From contig DHPR01000031.1 in NCBI GenBank assembly GCA_002410925.1, positions 1 through 37,725 on the forward strand: a stretch of 37,725 nucleotides of DNA. Reading direction: 5' to 3'. The first letter of the stretch is position 1, and the number at the start of each line of letters is the position of its first letter. Made by a program: the position numbers and the translations under genes. Below the pieces are notes generated by a model, which was not told the DNA's origin, searched no databases, and saw only the letters and a list, made by a program, of their open reading frames with translations. The stretch is from a bacterium UBP13_UBA5359 (GTDB taxonomy: Bacteria; UBP13; UBA5359). Positions 1 to 8,957 of the stretch are shown piece after piece.

Positions 1-1
1 C

Positions 2-322
2 GACCAGTTCTACGTGGAAGGCATAAATACCGGCGCTACCACCTTAGATCTCTATGTCCTCACTCCCAACGATGTGGAAGTATGTAGAGATAAGATAAAG
101 CTTACAACGGTAAAGCTGGAATTGAGTGCCACCCCGGATACTATTTGCGCTGGTGGTGATAACCTCGATATATGTAAATCTACTATTACAGCGGCCTTGA
201 CTCCGGCTATCAGCGGAAGAACCATAAACTTTGAAATAACCGGTAATAACCTTGGGAAATCAGTGGATAACGGCACATTGAATAATGCCAGTGCCGTCAC
301 TAATGATGAGGGAAAGGTATAG
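2..322 (+). pseudogene. Fragment of a large secreted/surface-type protein (Ig-like/Big-like region), open at the window edge and cut by the IS3 insertion
   Basis: The frame is open from position 2 (DQFYVEGINTG...DKIKLTTVKLEL...ITAALTP...TINFEIT...AVTNDEGKV). Its stop TAG (320-322) lies inside the IS left end (TATAG). Confidence 0.6.
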
Positions 323-394
323 TGTACCCCAAAATTCGGACAGGTAGTTAAGGTGGTATAATGGCTGTGCCGAAGAAGAAAAACGGAGGAAAAG

Positions 395-685
395 ATGGGG
401 ACACAGCGGAAACGATACAGCACGGAATTAAAAGCCAGGGTGGCGCTGGAAGCAATCAAGGAGCAGAAGACGGTTAACGAGATAGCCGGCCAGTATGGAA
501 TGCATCCCAATCTGGTAGGGAAATGGAAGAAGCAACTGAAAGAGGAGTCGTCACGGATATTCGCAGAGCCGAGCCAGGACAGGGATGCTGAAGAAGAGAC
601 ATTGAAAGCCTCCTTGTATCAGCAAATCGGCCAGTTGAAAGTGGAATTGGACTGGCTCAAAAAAAAATCCGGCCTGGGGAAGTAA
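395..685 (+). CDS. IS3 transposase OrfA (HTH_Tnp_1)
   Basis: RKRYSTELKARVALEAIKEQKTVNEIAGQYGMHPNLVGKWKK...LYQQIGQLKVELDWLKKK. RBS GGAGG upstream. Confidence 0.92.
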   Translation: MGTQRKRYSTELKARVALEAIKEQKTVNEIAGQYGMHPNLVGKWKKQLKEESSRIFAEPSQDRDAEEETLKASLYQQIGQLKVELDWLKKKSGLGK

Positions 686-698
686 CGAGAAGCGTCTG

Positions 699-1505
699 TT
701 GGTAGAACCTGATAGCGAGGTACTCAGTATAGCCAGGCAATGTGAGCTAATCGGGCTATCGCGCTCAAGCTGGTATTACCAGCCGGCACAGGAAAGCGCC
801 CTCAATCTTGAGTTGATGAACCTTCTTGACGAGCAATATACCAGGACGCCGTATTACGGTATCAGGAAGATGACGGACTACCTGAAGAAGCTGGGGTATG
901 AGGTCAATCACAAGCGTGTAGGACGCCTGATGCGTAAGATGGGATTGGAGGCAATCTATCCCAAACCCAGACTCAGCCAGCCGGCAGAGGGAGCGCAGAT
1001 ATATCCATATCTGCTGAAGAGCATAGTGATAGAGCGGTCTGATCAGGTATGGAGTACGGATATAACGTATCTGCGGCTGCGGGGAGGATTTGCTTATCTG
1101 GTAGCGATAATAGACTGGTTCAGCCGCTATGTGTTGTCCTGGGCATTATCCAACACTCTGGAGGCAAGCTTCTGTCTGGAAGCGCTGGCAGATGCCTTGA
1201 GGATAAGTCGGCCGGAGATATTTAACAGCGATCAGGGTTCACAGTTCACCAGCTTGGACTACACCGGAAGATTGAAGGATGAAGGTATCAGGATCAGCAT
1301 GGGTAGGCGAGGACGGGCGCTGGATAATATCTTCGTAGAGAGGCTATGGCGCACGATCAAGTATGAGAACGCCTATCTGAATGATTATGGCAACATGAGA
1401 GAAGCCGCTCAGAGGCTGAAGGCATATCTCAGCTTCTATAACGAGGAGAGGCCGCATCAATCACTGGGTTACAGGACACCGGCGGCAGTGTACTTTGAGA
1501 AGTGA
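699..1505 (+). CDS. IS3 transposase OrfB (HTH_21 + rve DDE integrase core)
   Basis: SIARQCELIGLSRSSWYY; catalytic motifs WSTDITY, NSDQGSQF and DNIFVERLWRTIKYE; C-terminal YNEERPHQSLGYRTPA. Confidence 0.93.
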   Translation: MVEPDSEVLSIARQCELIGLSRSSWYYQPAQESALNLELMNLLDEQYTRTPYYGIRKMTDYLKKLGYEVNHKRVGRLMRKMGLEAIYPKPRLSQPAEGAQIYPYLLKSIVIERSDQVWSTDITYLRLRGGFAYLVAIIDWFSRYVLSWALSNTLEASFCLEALADALRISRPEIFNSDQGSQFTSLDYTGRLKDEGIRISMGRRGRALDNIFVERLWRTIKYENAYLNDYGNMREAAQRLKAYLSFYNEERPHQSLGYRTPAAVYFEK

Positions 1506-1754
1506 ATAAGGCAGGTTCAAGAGGTATCCCGGCTCTATCCCGGAGAGGATAGCATAATATCCTTCACCGCTGTCAAGGCGGCAGGATACTTCAGCGCATC
1601 ATCTCAGCCTTGACAGCTCAGGATATGGTGCTAAAGTAGTGGTAGAGAGCCGGGAGTAACAACTGGTAAGTAGCTCGTCGTAGGGCATCACCTCCGGCAC
1701 AAAAAACCACCTTATTTTTACCCTTCTGTTGTACTGAATATGGGGTACACCATA

Positions 1755-2141
1755 GATCATAAGCAGATTATGCCGGCTGCTGTAGATGAAAATAATCATA
1801 TCTGTAGTTGTATCAGAACGGACAAGATGACCATTTATGTGGCCGGGAGAGATGCAGATGCCGATTCCGACTACAATTAAGACATCGGCGGCGTCGAAGA
1901 GAGCATCGAAGAGAACGCTCTTAGAAAGTTCATCTGTTACAACAACGATGGCAACAAGAAAGAAGACCTGGAAGATGGCAGCATCGCTAATAAAAGCGAT
2001 CTCGCCCAGATAGACCTCGATCTGCTGCCCGCAAGCGGTCTCAGCGACCTTGATTGCCATTTTGCGTATCTTTGCGGAATTCCTGGCTGGTTGCTGTTGC
2101 GTTTGCAAAGATGGCGGACATACTATATTATTTGTATTTAA
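1755..2141 (+). pseudogene. Degenerate downstream portion of the IS-interrupted gene (Asp-rich motifs, internal stop)
   Basis: In frame with 2..319 once the IS and one TA are removed. Reads DHKQ...TDKMTIYVAGRDADADSDYN*DIGGVEESIEENALRKFICYNNDGNKKEDLEDGSIANKSDLAQIDLDLLP, with TAA at 1878-1880. Confidence 0.45.
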
Positions 2142-2248
2142 ACTACATCTTTAACGAGCTCTTGATGATATAAAGACCGCATATGGCTTACCGTCGGGAG
2201 ATGTAAGAAATTGTTTGCTTAAGAATTGCAGGCAGGAGTGTAAAGCTG

Positions 2249-3505
2249 ATGACCATCAGAAATGAAAGCGATCTTAGAACCGTGCTGGATAGAGCCGTAA
2301 GCCAGGTGCAGGTAACCGATATTCATACCCACACCTACCCCGCCGATTTCGGCAAGCTGCTGCTCTGGGGTATAGATGAATTACTGACCTACCATTACCT
2401 GGCGGCGGAAACGCTACGCTGGACGGATGTGCCGTACGATACCTACTGGTCCATGACCAAGCAACAGCAGGCCGATCTTATCTGGCAGGTGCTTTTTATC
2501 GACAACACTCCTTACAGCGAAGCCTGCCGGGGCGTGCTGACCGTGCTGGAGAAGCTGGGCTTGGATACCGGCAAGCGCGACCTGGAATCCTACCGGAGTT
2601 ACTTCGCTTCCATGAAGGTAGAGGATTATATCGATAAAGTCTTCGAAACAGCCGGCGTCAAAGAGATAGTCATGACCAACGATCCCTTCGATGATCTGGA
2701 GTTCCTCGTCTGGGAGAGGGGCGGCGGCAGGACGGATACTCGTTTCAAGGCCGCGCTGCGGGTGGACCCGCTGCTGAACAGCTGGAGCGCGGCCGGCCGG
2801 CGTCTCAGGGCGTGGGGTTATGAGGTAGAGGCCGATATCACCGGCAAGACCATAGAGGAGGTGCGCCGTTTTCTGCGGGATCAAATAGATCTCATGGGTG
2901 CGCTCTATCTGGCAGTTTCTCTGCCGCCCTCCTTCAGATACCCGGAGGATTCCGAGCGCGGCCGGCTGATAGAGAACTGCATTCTCCCGGTCTGCCTGGA
3001 GAAGGGCATTCCCTTTGTCATGATGATCGGGGTCAGGAAGCTGGTCAATCCCGATCTCAAGCTGGCCGGCGATGCCGTAGGCAAGAGTGATATAGATACG
3101 GTTCTCAATCTCTGTGCCGCATATCCCCGCAACAAGTTCATGGTCACCATGCTGGCGCGGGAGAATCAGCACGAGCTCTGCGTTGCCGCTCGTAAATTCC
3201 GCAACCTTATGGTTTTCGGCTGCTGGTGGTATCTTAACAACCCCAGTCTGATCGAAGAGATGACCCGGATGCGCCTGGAGCTGCTGGGCAGCAGCTTTAT
3301 CCCGCAGCACTCCGATGCCAGGGTGCTGGATCAGCTTATCTACAAGTGGACCCACTCCAGAAAGATCATCGGAGAGGTTCTCTTCAATAAATACAGCGAT
3401 CTTATGGCCACCGGCTGGCTTCCAGAAGCGAGTGAGATCGAGCGGGATGTAGATAAGCTCTTCTTTGGCAACTTCCAGACCTTTTTGCAGCGGGAATTGC
3501 CGTAG
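2249..3505 (+). CDS. uxaC: Glucuronate (uronate) isomerase, BH0493-like amidohydrolase subfamily
   Basis: DIHTH metal motif, LLLWGIDELLTYHYL, MTNDPFD, FGCWWYLNNP, QHSDARVLDQLIYKW. Confidence 0.88.
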   Translation: MTIRNESDLRTVLDRAVSQVQVTDIHTHTYPADFGKLLLWGIDELLTYHYLAAETLRWTDVPYDTYWSMTKQQQADLIWQVLFIDNTPYSEACRGVLTVLEKLGLDTGKRDLESYRSYFASMKVEDYIDKVFETAGVKEIVMTNDPFDDLEFLVWERGGGRTDTRFKAALRVDPLLNSWSAAGRRLRAWGYEVEADITGKTIEEVRRFLRDQIDLMGALYLAVSLPPSFRYPEDSERGRLIENCILPVCLEKGIPFVMMIGVRKLVNPDLKLAGDAVGKSDIDTVLNLCAAYPRNKFMVTMLARENQHELCVAARKFRNLMVFGCWWYLNNPSLIEEMTRMRLELLGSSFIPQHSDARVLDQLIYKWTHSRKIIGEVLFNKYSDLMATGWLPEASEIERDVDKLFFGNFQTFLQRELP

Positions 3506-3606
3506 CCTTTAAGGCTGAAGCTGTAGATGTACAGCTGGCGGCTGTAGCCGGTGCTCGTCTCTTTTTCAGCTACATGTATAGTAAATCGCTGTGGGGAGGG
3601 TGAATT

Positions 3607-6024
3607 ATGCAGAAAGGTAATCCAACGACTGTAGAGAAAAATAGAAACGTTTTGTTAGATATGGTGCTGGAGAGAGCCTCCTGGATCTGGATGGAAGAGG
3701 ATCAGCCTTTGCCGCATCAGTATCTCTGTTTCAGAAAGACTTTTTCTCTGGAGAAAGTGCCTGATAAGGCGACTCTAGCTGTTGCAGCGGACTCCGATTT
3801 TCTCCTTTACATCAACGGTGTTGAAGCCGGCAGAGGGCAATTCAGTGATTACCCGGAGAGAAAGACCTATACTAAGTTGGAGGTATGTTCATTTCTTAAA
3901 AAGGGATCCAACCTGATAAGCGTTTTAGCTTATTATCGTGGTTCTGACTCTCATGAATATCGCTCCGGCCGTCCGGAGTTGCTGCTGGCTTTGGTAACCG
4001 GCGCAGACGAGGCTGTAGTCAGCGATGCCTCCTGGAAAGTCCTGCGGCATCCTGCTTTCAAATACGGGGATATGCCCAAAGTAACATCGCAGATGGGCTT
4101 TACCACCCTCTTTGATGCCCGGCTGGATATACCCTGGACAGAAGACGGTTTTGATGATAGGGAATGGCCGTATGCAGTAGTTACAGCCAAACCGGGACAA
4201 GGGCCGGATCTATCCCTTCGGCCGGTACCTCCGTTAAAGATAAAGGCATTACCAGCAACACGTATTATAGCCTATGGTAACATAAAGCGCAGGCCGAAAA
4301 AGGAGGGAACATTTGCTGAGATTATGGCACAGGATATTCTGAAACAACAGCCGCTTCCCGCTTTTGCAAATCAGGGGATAATCTTGGATATCCCTCCGGC
4401 CGGCGCTGACGGGCGCTATCTGATAATTGATCTGATGCGCGAGGAAGTGGGCTTGCTCAGCTTTTCTATAGAAGCCTCGGAGGGCACCATACTGGATATA
4501 GCTCATGGCGAGCATCTGGATAACGGCCGGGTCAGGGCCAGGATAGAGATGCGCAACTTTGCCGACAGGTATATCTGCCGGCAGGGCCTGAACGAATTCA
4601 TCCTGCCCTTCAGGCGATTGGGAGCACGGTATCTGGAGGTGCATATCACAGGCATGACGGCTCCATTGAAATTTCATACTATGGGATTGAAACCGGCAGA
4701 ATTAGAGCTTGATGTTAGAGGAAGCTTTCATACTCACGACGAAAGAGCGGTCAAGGCATATAACGTCGGCAGGCGGACGCTGCAGCTCTGTATGCACGAA
4801 CATTTTGAGGATTGCCCCTGGCGTGAACAGGCCCTTTATGCCTTTGATTCGCGCAATCAGGCGCTTTATGGTTATTATGCCTTCGGCAACTACGATTTTG
4901 CCGGAGTATCCTTTGATCTGCTGGGACGAGGCATACGCTCGGATGGGTTGCTGGAGCTGTGCGCGCCGGCCAGAGTGCCGGTGAATATACCCTCCTTCAG
5001 CCTGGTTTGGATCACCGCTTTGGCGGAGCATATGCTTTATAGCGGCCGGAAGGAGCTCTTTGCCCGTTATCAGGAGCAGATGGACTTTATGCTGGAGAAG
5101 CTCTTTGCCGGGCTGGATTGTGCTACTAAACTCTATCGACTTCCTACGGGTAATGGAATCTGGCACTTTTACGACTGGCAAAATGGGTTGGATGGTTATA
5201 GCGGTGATTTTCCCCGAGAGGATACCGATAGATTTGATGCACCTTATAACCTCTTTCTATATGAAGCTTTGAATGCCTATGTCTGGATGCTAGAACAGAG
5301 CGGTCAGGAGGAAAAAGCCGCCGGTATAGCTGTCCGTCGTGATGAGCTGGGGGAGACTATTAACCGGTCATTCTGGGATAATGATAGAGGCTTGCTGTCT
5401 ACATATCTTATCAGCGGCAGAAGGTACCATTTTTCGGAACTGGTTCAATGTCAGGCTGTACATGCAGATATATTATCTGTTGAACAGATACCTGGGATTC
5501 TTGATCATCTGCTCGAAGAGAGGGAGAAGAATCTCATCCCCGTTACCTTGAGCAGCATGCTATATAAGGTTCTCGCTTTTAATAGTTTGGGAGAGAAAGC
5601 ACGCTCAGCTATTGCTCGAGAGGTGTCCGAAATCTGGGGGCAGATGCTTGCCGCCGGAGCCACAACCTTCTGGGAAACATCCGACGGAGCCGAGGCTTTC
5701 GAAGGAGCCGGCAGCCTCTGTCACGGCTGGAGTGCTTTGCCTGTTTACTACTATCAATCCTGGGTGCTGGGTATACGCCCCTTACAGCCAGGCTATGGCA
5801 GCTTTGCCGTTTCTCCATTTCCGGGTGGAATGATGTCGGCCTCCGGAAGGATTCCTACGCCTGCCGGAGATATAAAGATCGAATGGCGGCAGAAAGAGGG
5901 AGGACTGGTGATTGAAGCTTTTGGTCCAACTGAGCTTCGGCCCCGGCTAATGTCTTTGCCGGAGGCTCCGGTTAAGGAAATGCGTTATAACGGGAAACCT
6001 TTGGGGCCAACTCTTTACACTTGA
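3607..6024 (+). CDS. GH78-family alpha-L-rhamnosidase-like glycoside hydrolase (no signal peptide)
   Basis: WIW...FRKTF, ADSDFLLYING, DCPWREQALY, GATTFWE, SLCHGWSA.P, LGIRPLQPGY. Confidence 0.85.
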   Translation: MQKGNPTTVEKNRNVLLDMVLERASWIWMEEDQPLPHQYLCFRKTFSLEKVPDKATLAVAADSDFLLYINGVEAGRGQFSDYPERKTYTKLEVCSFLKKGSNLISVLAYYRGSDSHEYRSGRPELLLALVTGADEAVVSDASWKVLRHPAFKYGDMPKVTSQMGFTTLFDARLDIPWTEDGFDDREWPYAVVTAKPGQGPDLSLRPVPPLKIKALPATRIIAYGNIKRRPKKEGTFAEIMAQDILKQQPLPAFANQGIILDIPPAGADGRYLIIDLMREEVGLLSFSIEASEGTILDIAHGEHLDNGRVRARIEMRNFADRYICRQGLNEFILPFRRLGARYLEVHITGMTAPLKFHTMGLKPAELELDVRGSFHTHDERAVKAYNVGRRTLQLCMHEHFEDCPWREQALYAFDSRNQALYGYYAFGNYDFAGVSFDLLGRGIRSDGLLELCAPARVPVNIPSFSLVWITALAEHMLYSGRKELFARYQEQMDFMLEKLFAGLDCATKLYRLPTGNGIWHFYDWQNGLDGYSGDFPREDTDRFDAPYNLFLYEALNAYVWMLEQSGQEEKAAGIAVRRDELGETINRSFWDNDRGLLSTYLISGRRYHFSELVQCQAVHADILSVEQIPGILDHLLEEREKNLIPVTLSSMLYKVLAFNSLGEKARSAIAREVSEIWGQMLAAGATTFWETSDGAEAFEGAGSLCHGWSALPVYYYQSWVLGIRPLQPGYGSFAVSPFPGGMMSASGRIPTPAGDIKIEWRQKEGGLVIEAFGPTELRPRLMSLPEAPVKEMRYNGKPLGPTLYT

Positions 6025-6094
6025 TATCTACGTTTTTGATCAAGGCTTGAGCGGAACTTTAGCGGTCAGGAGTTTAGGTTTAGCTGTGATTTCC

Positions 6095-6123
6095 TTGACA
6101 GCCGGTCTTTCACCCATTAATAT
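6095..6123 (+). promoter_or_regulatory. Sigma70/SigA-type promoter for icd
   Basis: TTGACA (6095-6100), 17-nt spacer, TAATAT (6118-6123). Confidence 0.55.
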
Positions 6124-6217
6124 TTGCATGGTATCGGGACAGCTTGTCGGAGAGAACTTTCTTTTCAGGCATCCGGCTATTCTTCCCGGCCATAGCAAAT
6201 ATTAGGGGGTAAGGATT

Positions 6218-7213
6218 ATGCATAAGATTACCTGGATACCCGGAGATGGGGTCGGTCCGGAGATAAGCGACGCTTCCAGGGCCATCATCGATGCTTCCGG
6301 GGTGGATATAGAGTGGGAGATAGTCGACGCCGGTGTCGATGTCATGGATGAATACGGCACGCCGTTGCCGGAGCATGTGCTGGAATCCATCCGGCGCAAC
6401 AAAATAGCCATCAAGGGACCTATTACCACACCTGTGGGCACCGGCTTCAGGAGCGTCAACGTGGCCCTGCGCAAGGCGCTGGACCTTTACGCCAACCTGC
6501 GCCCGGCCAAATCGCTGCCGGGAATCAAGACCCGCTTCGAAGAGATCGATCTGGTAGTAGTGCGCGAGAATACTGAGGACCTCTACGCCGGCATAGAGCA
6601 TATGGTTACCGATGATGCTGCAGAGAGCATCAAAATAATCACCAAAAAGGCCAGTCGCCGTATAGTTGAGTTTGCCTTCGAATATGCCTTAAAGGAAGGC
6701 CGCAAAAAGGTAACTGCTGTGCACAAGGCCAATATCATGAAGTGCACGGACGGTCTCTTCCTGGCCACCGCCCGGGAGGTAGCTAAGAAGTACCCGCAGG
6801 TCGAGTTTGAGGACCGTATCGTCGATAACATGTGCATGCAGCTGGTTATCAAACCGGAGCTTTACGATGTCCTGGTGCTGCCTAACCTTTACGGTGATAT
6901 CATCTCCGACCTCTGTGCCGGCATGGTGGGCGGCCTGGGCGTAGCTCCGGGAGCCAATATAGGTGATGGCATAGCCGTCTTTGAACCGGTACACGGCAGT
7001 GCTCCCAAGTATAAGGGGCAGAACAAGGTCAACCCGCTGGCTTTGCTGCAGTCCGGCATACTCATGCTGCGCTATATCAACGAGCGTGAGGCGGCGGATC
7101 GTATCTACAAGGCTATGATTGCTGTGCTGGAGGACGGATCGAAGGTAACTTACGATCTCGGCGGCTCGGCCGGCACATCCGAGATGGCCGAGGCTATAAT
7201 AGCCAGGATGTAG
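6218..7213 (+). CDS. icd: Isocitrate/isopropylmalate dehydrogenase family protein, probably NAD-dependent isocitrate dehydrogenase
   Basis: [61 protein letters not shown]. Confidence 0.85.
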   Translation: MHKITWIPGDGVGPEISDASRAIIDASGVDIEWEIVDAGVDVMDEYGTPLPEHVLESIRRNKIAIKGPITTPVGTGFRSVNVALRKALDLYANLRPAKSLPGIKTRFEEIDLVVVRENTEDLYAGIEHMVTDDAAESIKIITKKASRRIVEFAFEYALKEGRKKVTAVHKANIMKCTDGLFLATAREVAKKYPQVEFEDRIVDNMCMQLVIKPELYDVLVLPNLYGDIISDLCAGMVGGLGVAPGANIGDGIAVFEPVHGSAPKYKGQNKVNPLALLQSGILMLRYINEREAADRIYKAMIAVLEDGSKVTYDLGGSAGTSEMAEAIIARM

Positions 7214-7223
7214 GAGATAAGAG

Positions 7224-8348
7224 CTAATGCATCCCGAACATCTCTTCCTTGAGGTCAAGATAGTATAGATAATCTTCGGGGGGTACATTCGGCGGGCAGC
7301 GATGATCGCAGAACGGGATGTACCCCCCTCGCTCTACAAGCGGCGTAAGGGTTTCAAGGTATGCCTTGATGGCCGCCTTGCCGCTTCCAAGCTGTATCTT
7401 GTTCACTCCTCCCATGATGCGCAGGTCCTTGCCGTACTCCGCCAGGAGTTCTGCAGGGTGAGCGCACCCGTTAACTTCAAAGGGAAAGAGAGTGTTTATG
7501 CCGCCTTCCATGAAGCCTTTCAATAGGGGCCTTACATCTCCGTCACAGTCCGTGTACCATATATCTATCCCGGCCGTCTTCAGCTTCTTATTGATCCGTT
7601 TGTACCGAGGTACTACTACATCGTTGAAAAAGTTTACGGAAACTATAGGGCCGTTTTTAAAGCAAATATCCTCCCAGCCGCTGGCATAGTCGAAGTCTAT
7701 GTGCGGGAGCACCTGGTCCAGGAAATCTTCTACCATGACGCAGGCGGTCTCCACCATATCCTCCACCATATTTGGATAGTCATAGCAGGCATACGCAAGT
7801 CCCTCAAAAGTAAGCATATTTCTGACCCTGCCTATCATGGAGCCGCAGTGCACCCCAAGAGGATAATCTCTGTCCGGCGGATGCTCCGCCTTCAGGGCCG
7901 CCGTATCCACTTTGCGCTCCGGGTCGTCTTTGCGAAAGCGTTCTTCTTTGCATCTCTTCCAGTCATCCGGGGTGACTATGCTTGCTTTTACATAGTGCGG
8001 TATGGTAGCGTGTCCGTCCTTGAGTACTTCGGCCAGAAGGCCGTCTCCGTTCATGAGGATCTTGGTGGTTGCTGTCTCTTCTATTACCGTTTCAGGGAAG
8101 GCGGGATTGAGCCATACGTTTCCTGCTACGCTTTCTATTCTGTCGAAGCTGAAGAAGGTATTGGCCTCCGCTTCGTTGGTGATACCGTTCTCCGTGAATA
8201 TGGACCACTTCGTGTAGTTTTCCAACCAATAGCCGAACTCCATGTTGAAGCATCGGTCTACCGGCTTGTAGTGCATCTGATTGTTGAATCTCTCACGATC
8301 CGTCATGGTGCTCTTCCACTTGGGCCTACAAGGCGTAATATTCTTCAT
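7224..8348 (-). CDS. Uroporphyrinogen decarboxylase (URO-D)/MtaA-CmuA-like family protein
   Basis: MTDRERF, WEDICFKNGPIVS, YTDCDGDV, GINTLFPFEV, IMGGVNK, GGYIPFCDHRCPP. RBS GGGAG upstream. Confidence 0.8.
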   Translation of the reverse strand: MKNITPCRPKWKSTMTDRERFNNQMHYKPVDRCFNMEFGYWLENYTKWSIFTENGITNEAEANTFFSFDRIESVAGNVWLNPAFPETVIEETATTKILMNGDGLLAEVLKDGHATIPHYVKASIVTPDDWKRCKEERFRKDDPERKVDTAALKAEHPPDRDYPLGVHCGSMIGRVRNMLTFEGLAYACYDYPNMVEDMVETACVMVEDFLDQVLPHIDFDYASGWEDICFKNGPIVSVNFFNDVVVPRYKRINKKLKTAGIDIWYTDCDGDVRPLLKGFMEGGINTLFPFEVNGCAHPAELLAEYGKDLRIMGGVNKIQLGSGKAAIKAYLETLTPLVERGGYIPFCDHRCPPNVPPEDYLYYLDLKEEMFGMH

Positions 8349-8423
8349 AGCAGCCTATCTCCCTGGACTATCTTTTCACAATATAGAGATTGTTCCGGAT
8401 ACACATAAATGGCAACTAAGTTT

Positions 8424-8451
8424 AGTTTAGCATCAATCAGTAGCTTTACAA
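8424..8451 (-). promoter_or_regulatory. Putative promoter for the URO-D-family gene
   Basis: On the minus strand: TTGTAA, 16-nt spacer ending TGc, then TAAACT (extended -10). Confidence 0.4.
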
Positions 8452-8517
8452 GGCGAGGATCTTGATATATTTGGGATAATATTGTCATATATCGAGATGC
8501 TTATCGAAAATACTCTT

Positions 8518-8822
8518 TAGGAGACTTCGGCGAGTGGGCAAAGCCACGCTTCTTTATCCGCATCCGAGGATAAAAGATCTAAGGTATCCGCAAGTTTGCC
8601 GGTCCCTGCGGATGTCATAAAGCCATCGTCTTAATTGACGATGAACTGCGCTGAATACGAAGAGAGGAACCTTTCCATTCTGCCGGTGCCGGCCTGAGTC
8701 CTGGCGTCGCTGGTGTAAAGCTCATTGCATCCTGATTTCAAGTGAGGGTCACTTGTAAGACTAAATGCACTACCCCGTTTGTAAGACCGAACGCAACCCT
8801 GGGGTGTGCATTTGCTTTTTCA
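8518..8822 (+). ncRNA. Candidate structured non-coding RNA or element of unknown class
   Basis: At least six stem-loops, the last followed by a T-run. No credible ORF. A separate ppdK promoter lies downstream. Strand assignment is tentative. Confidence 0.35.
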
Positions 8823-8856
8823 AATCAGTTCAATTCCTCTGGGGCAATCGCGCATA

Positions 8857-8885
8857 TAGCCAAGCTCTCATCTTTGCTGTATAAT
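8857..8885 (+). promoter_or_regulatory. Putative SigA promoter for ppdK
   Basis: TAGCCA (8857-8862), 17 nt, TATAAT (8880-8885). Confidence 0.5.
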
Positions 8886-8957
8886 ACTTCACTGGACGTG
8901 TCTGTTAATAGACGGCGTTACGTCTTCTAACTTTTCTTTCAAGGGAGGAATTATAGG

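Larger units (their letters stand above)
318..1754 (+). mobile_element. IS3-family insertion sequence, ~1437 bp
   Basis: Terminal inverted repeats TATAGTGTACCCC (318-330) and GGGGTACACCATA (1742-1754) match 12/13, with weaker similarity further in. They enclose orfA and orfB. Both ends are bounded by TA. Confidence 0.9.

Noticed and set aside
1599-2108. 169-aa minus-strand ORF
   Set aside because: It crosses the IS boundary and mirrors the plus-strand pseudogene frame.
2414-3355. 313-aa minus-strand ORF
   Set aside because: Antisense shadow of uxaC with no recognisable motifs.
8534-8672. c-di-GMP-I, ZTP or c-di-AMP riboswitch (fragments GCAAAGCC..TCTAAG, GACT..GGCG..GTGG..CCAC, GCTGAAT..GGAACC)
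   Set aside because: Only isolated fragments match. The required spacing and 3' consensus elements are absent.
8742-8930. 62-aa ORF upstream of ppdK
   Set aside because: No RBS, and it overlaps hairpins and the ppdK promoter.
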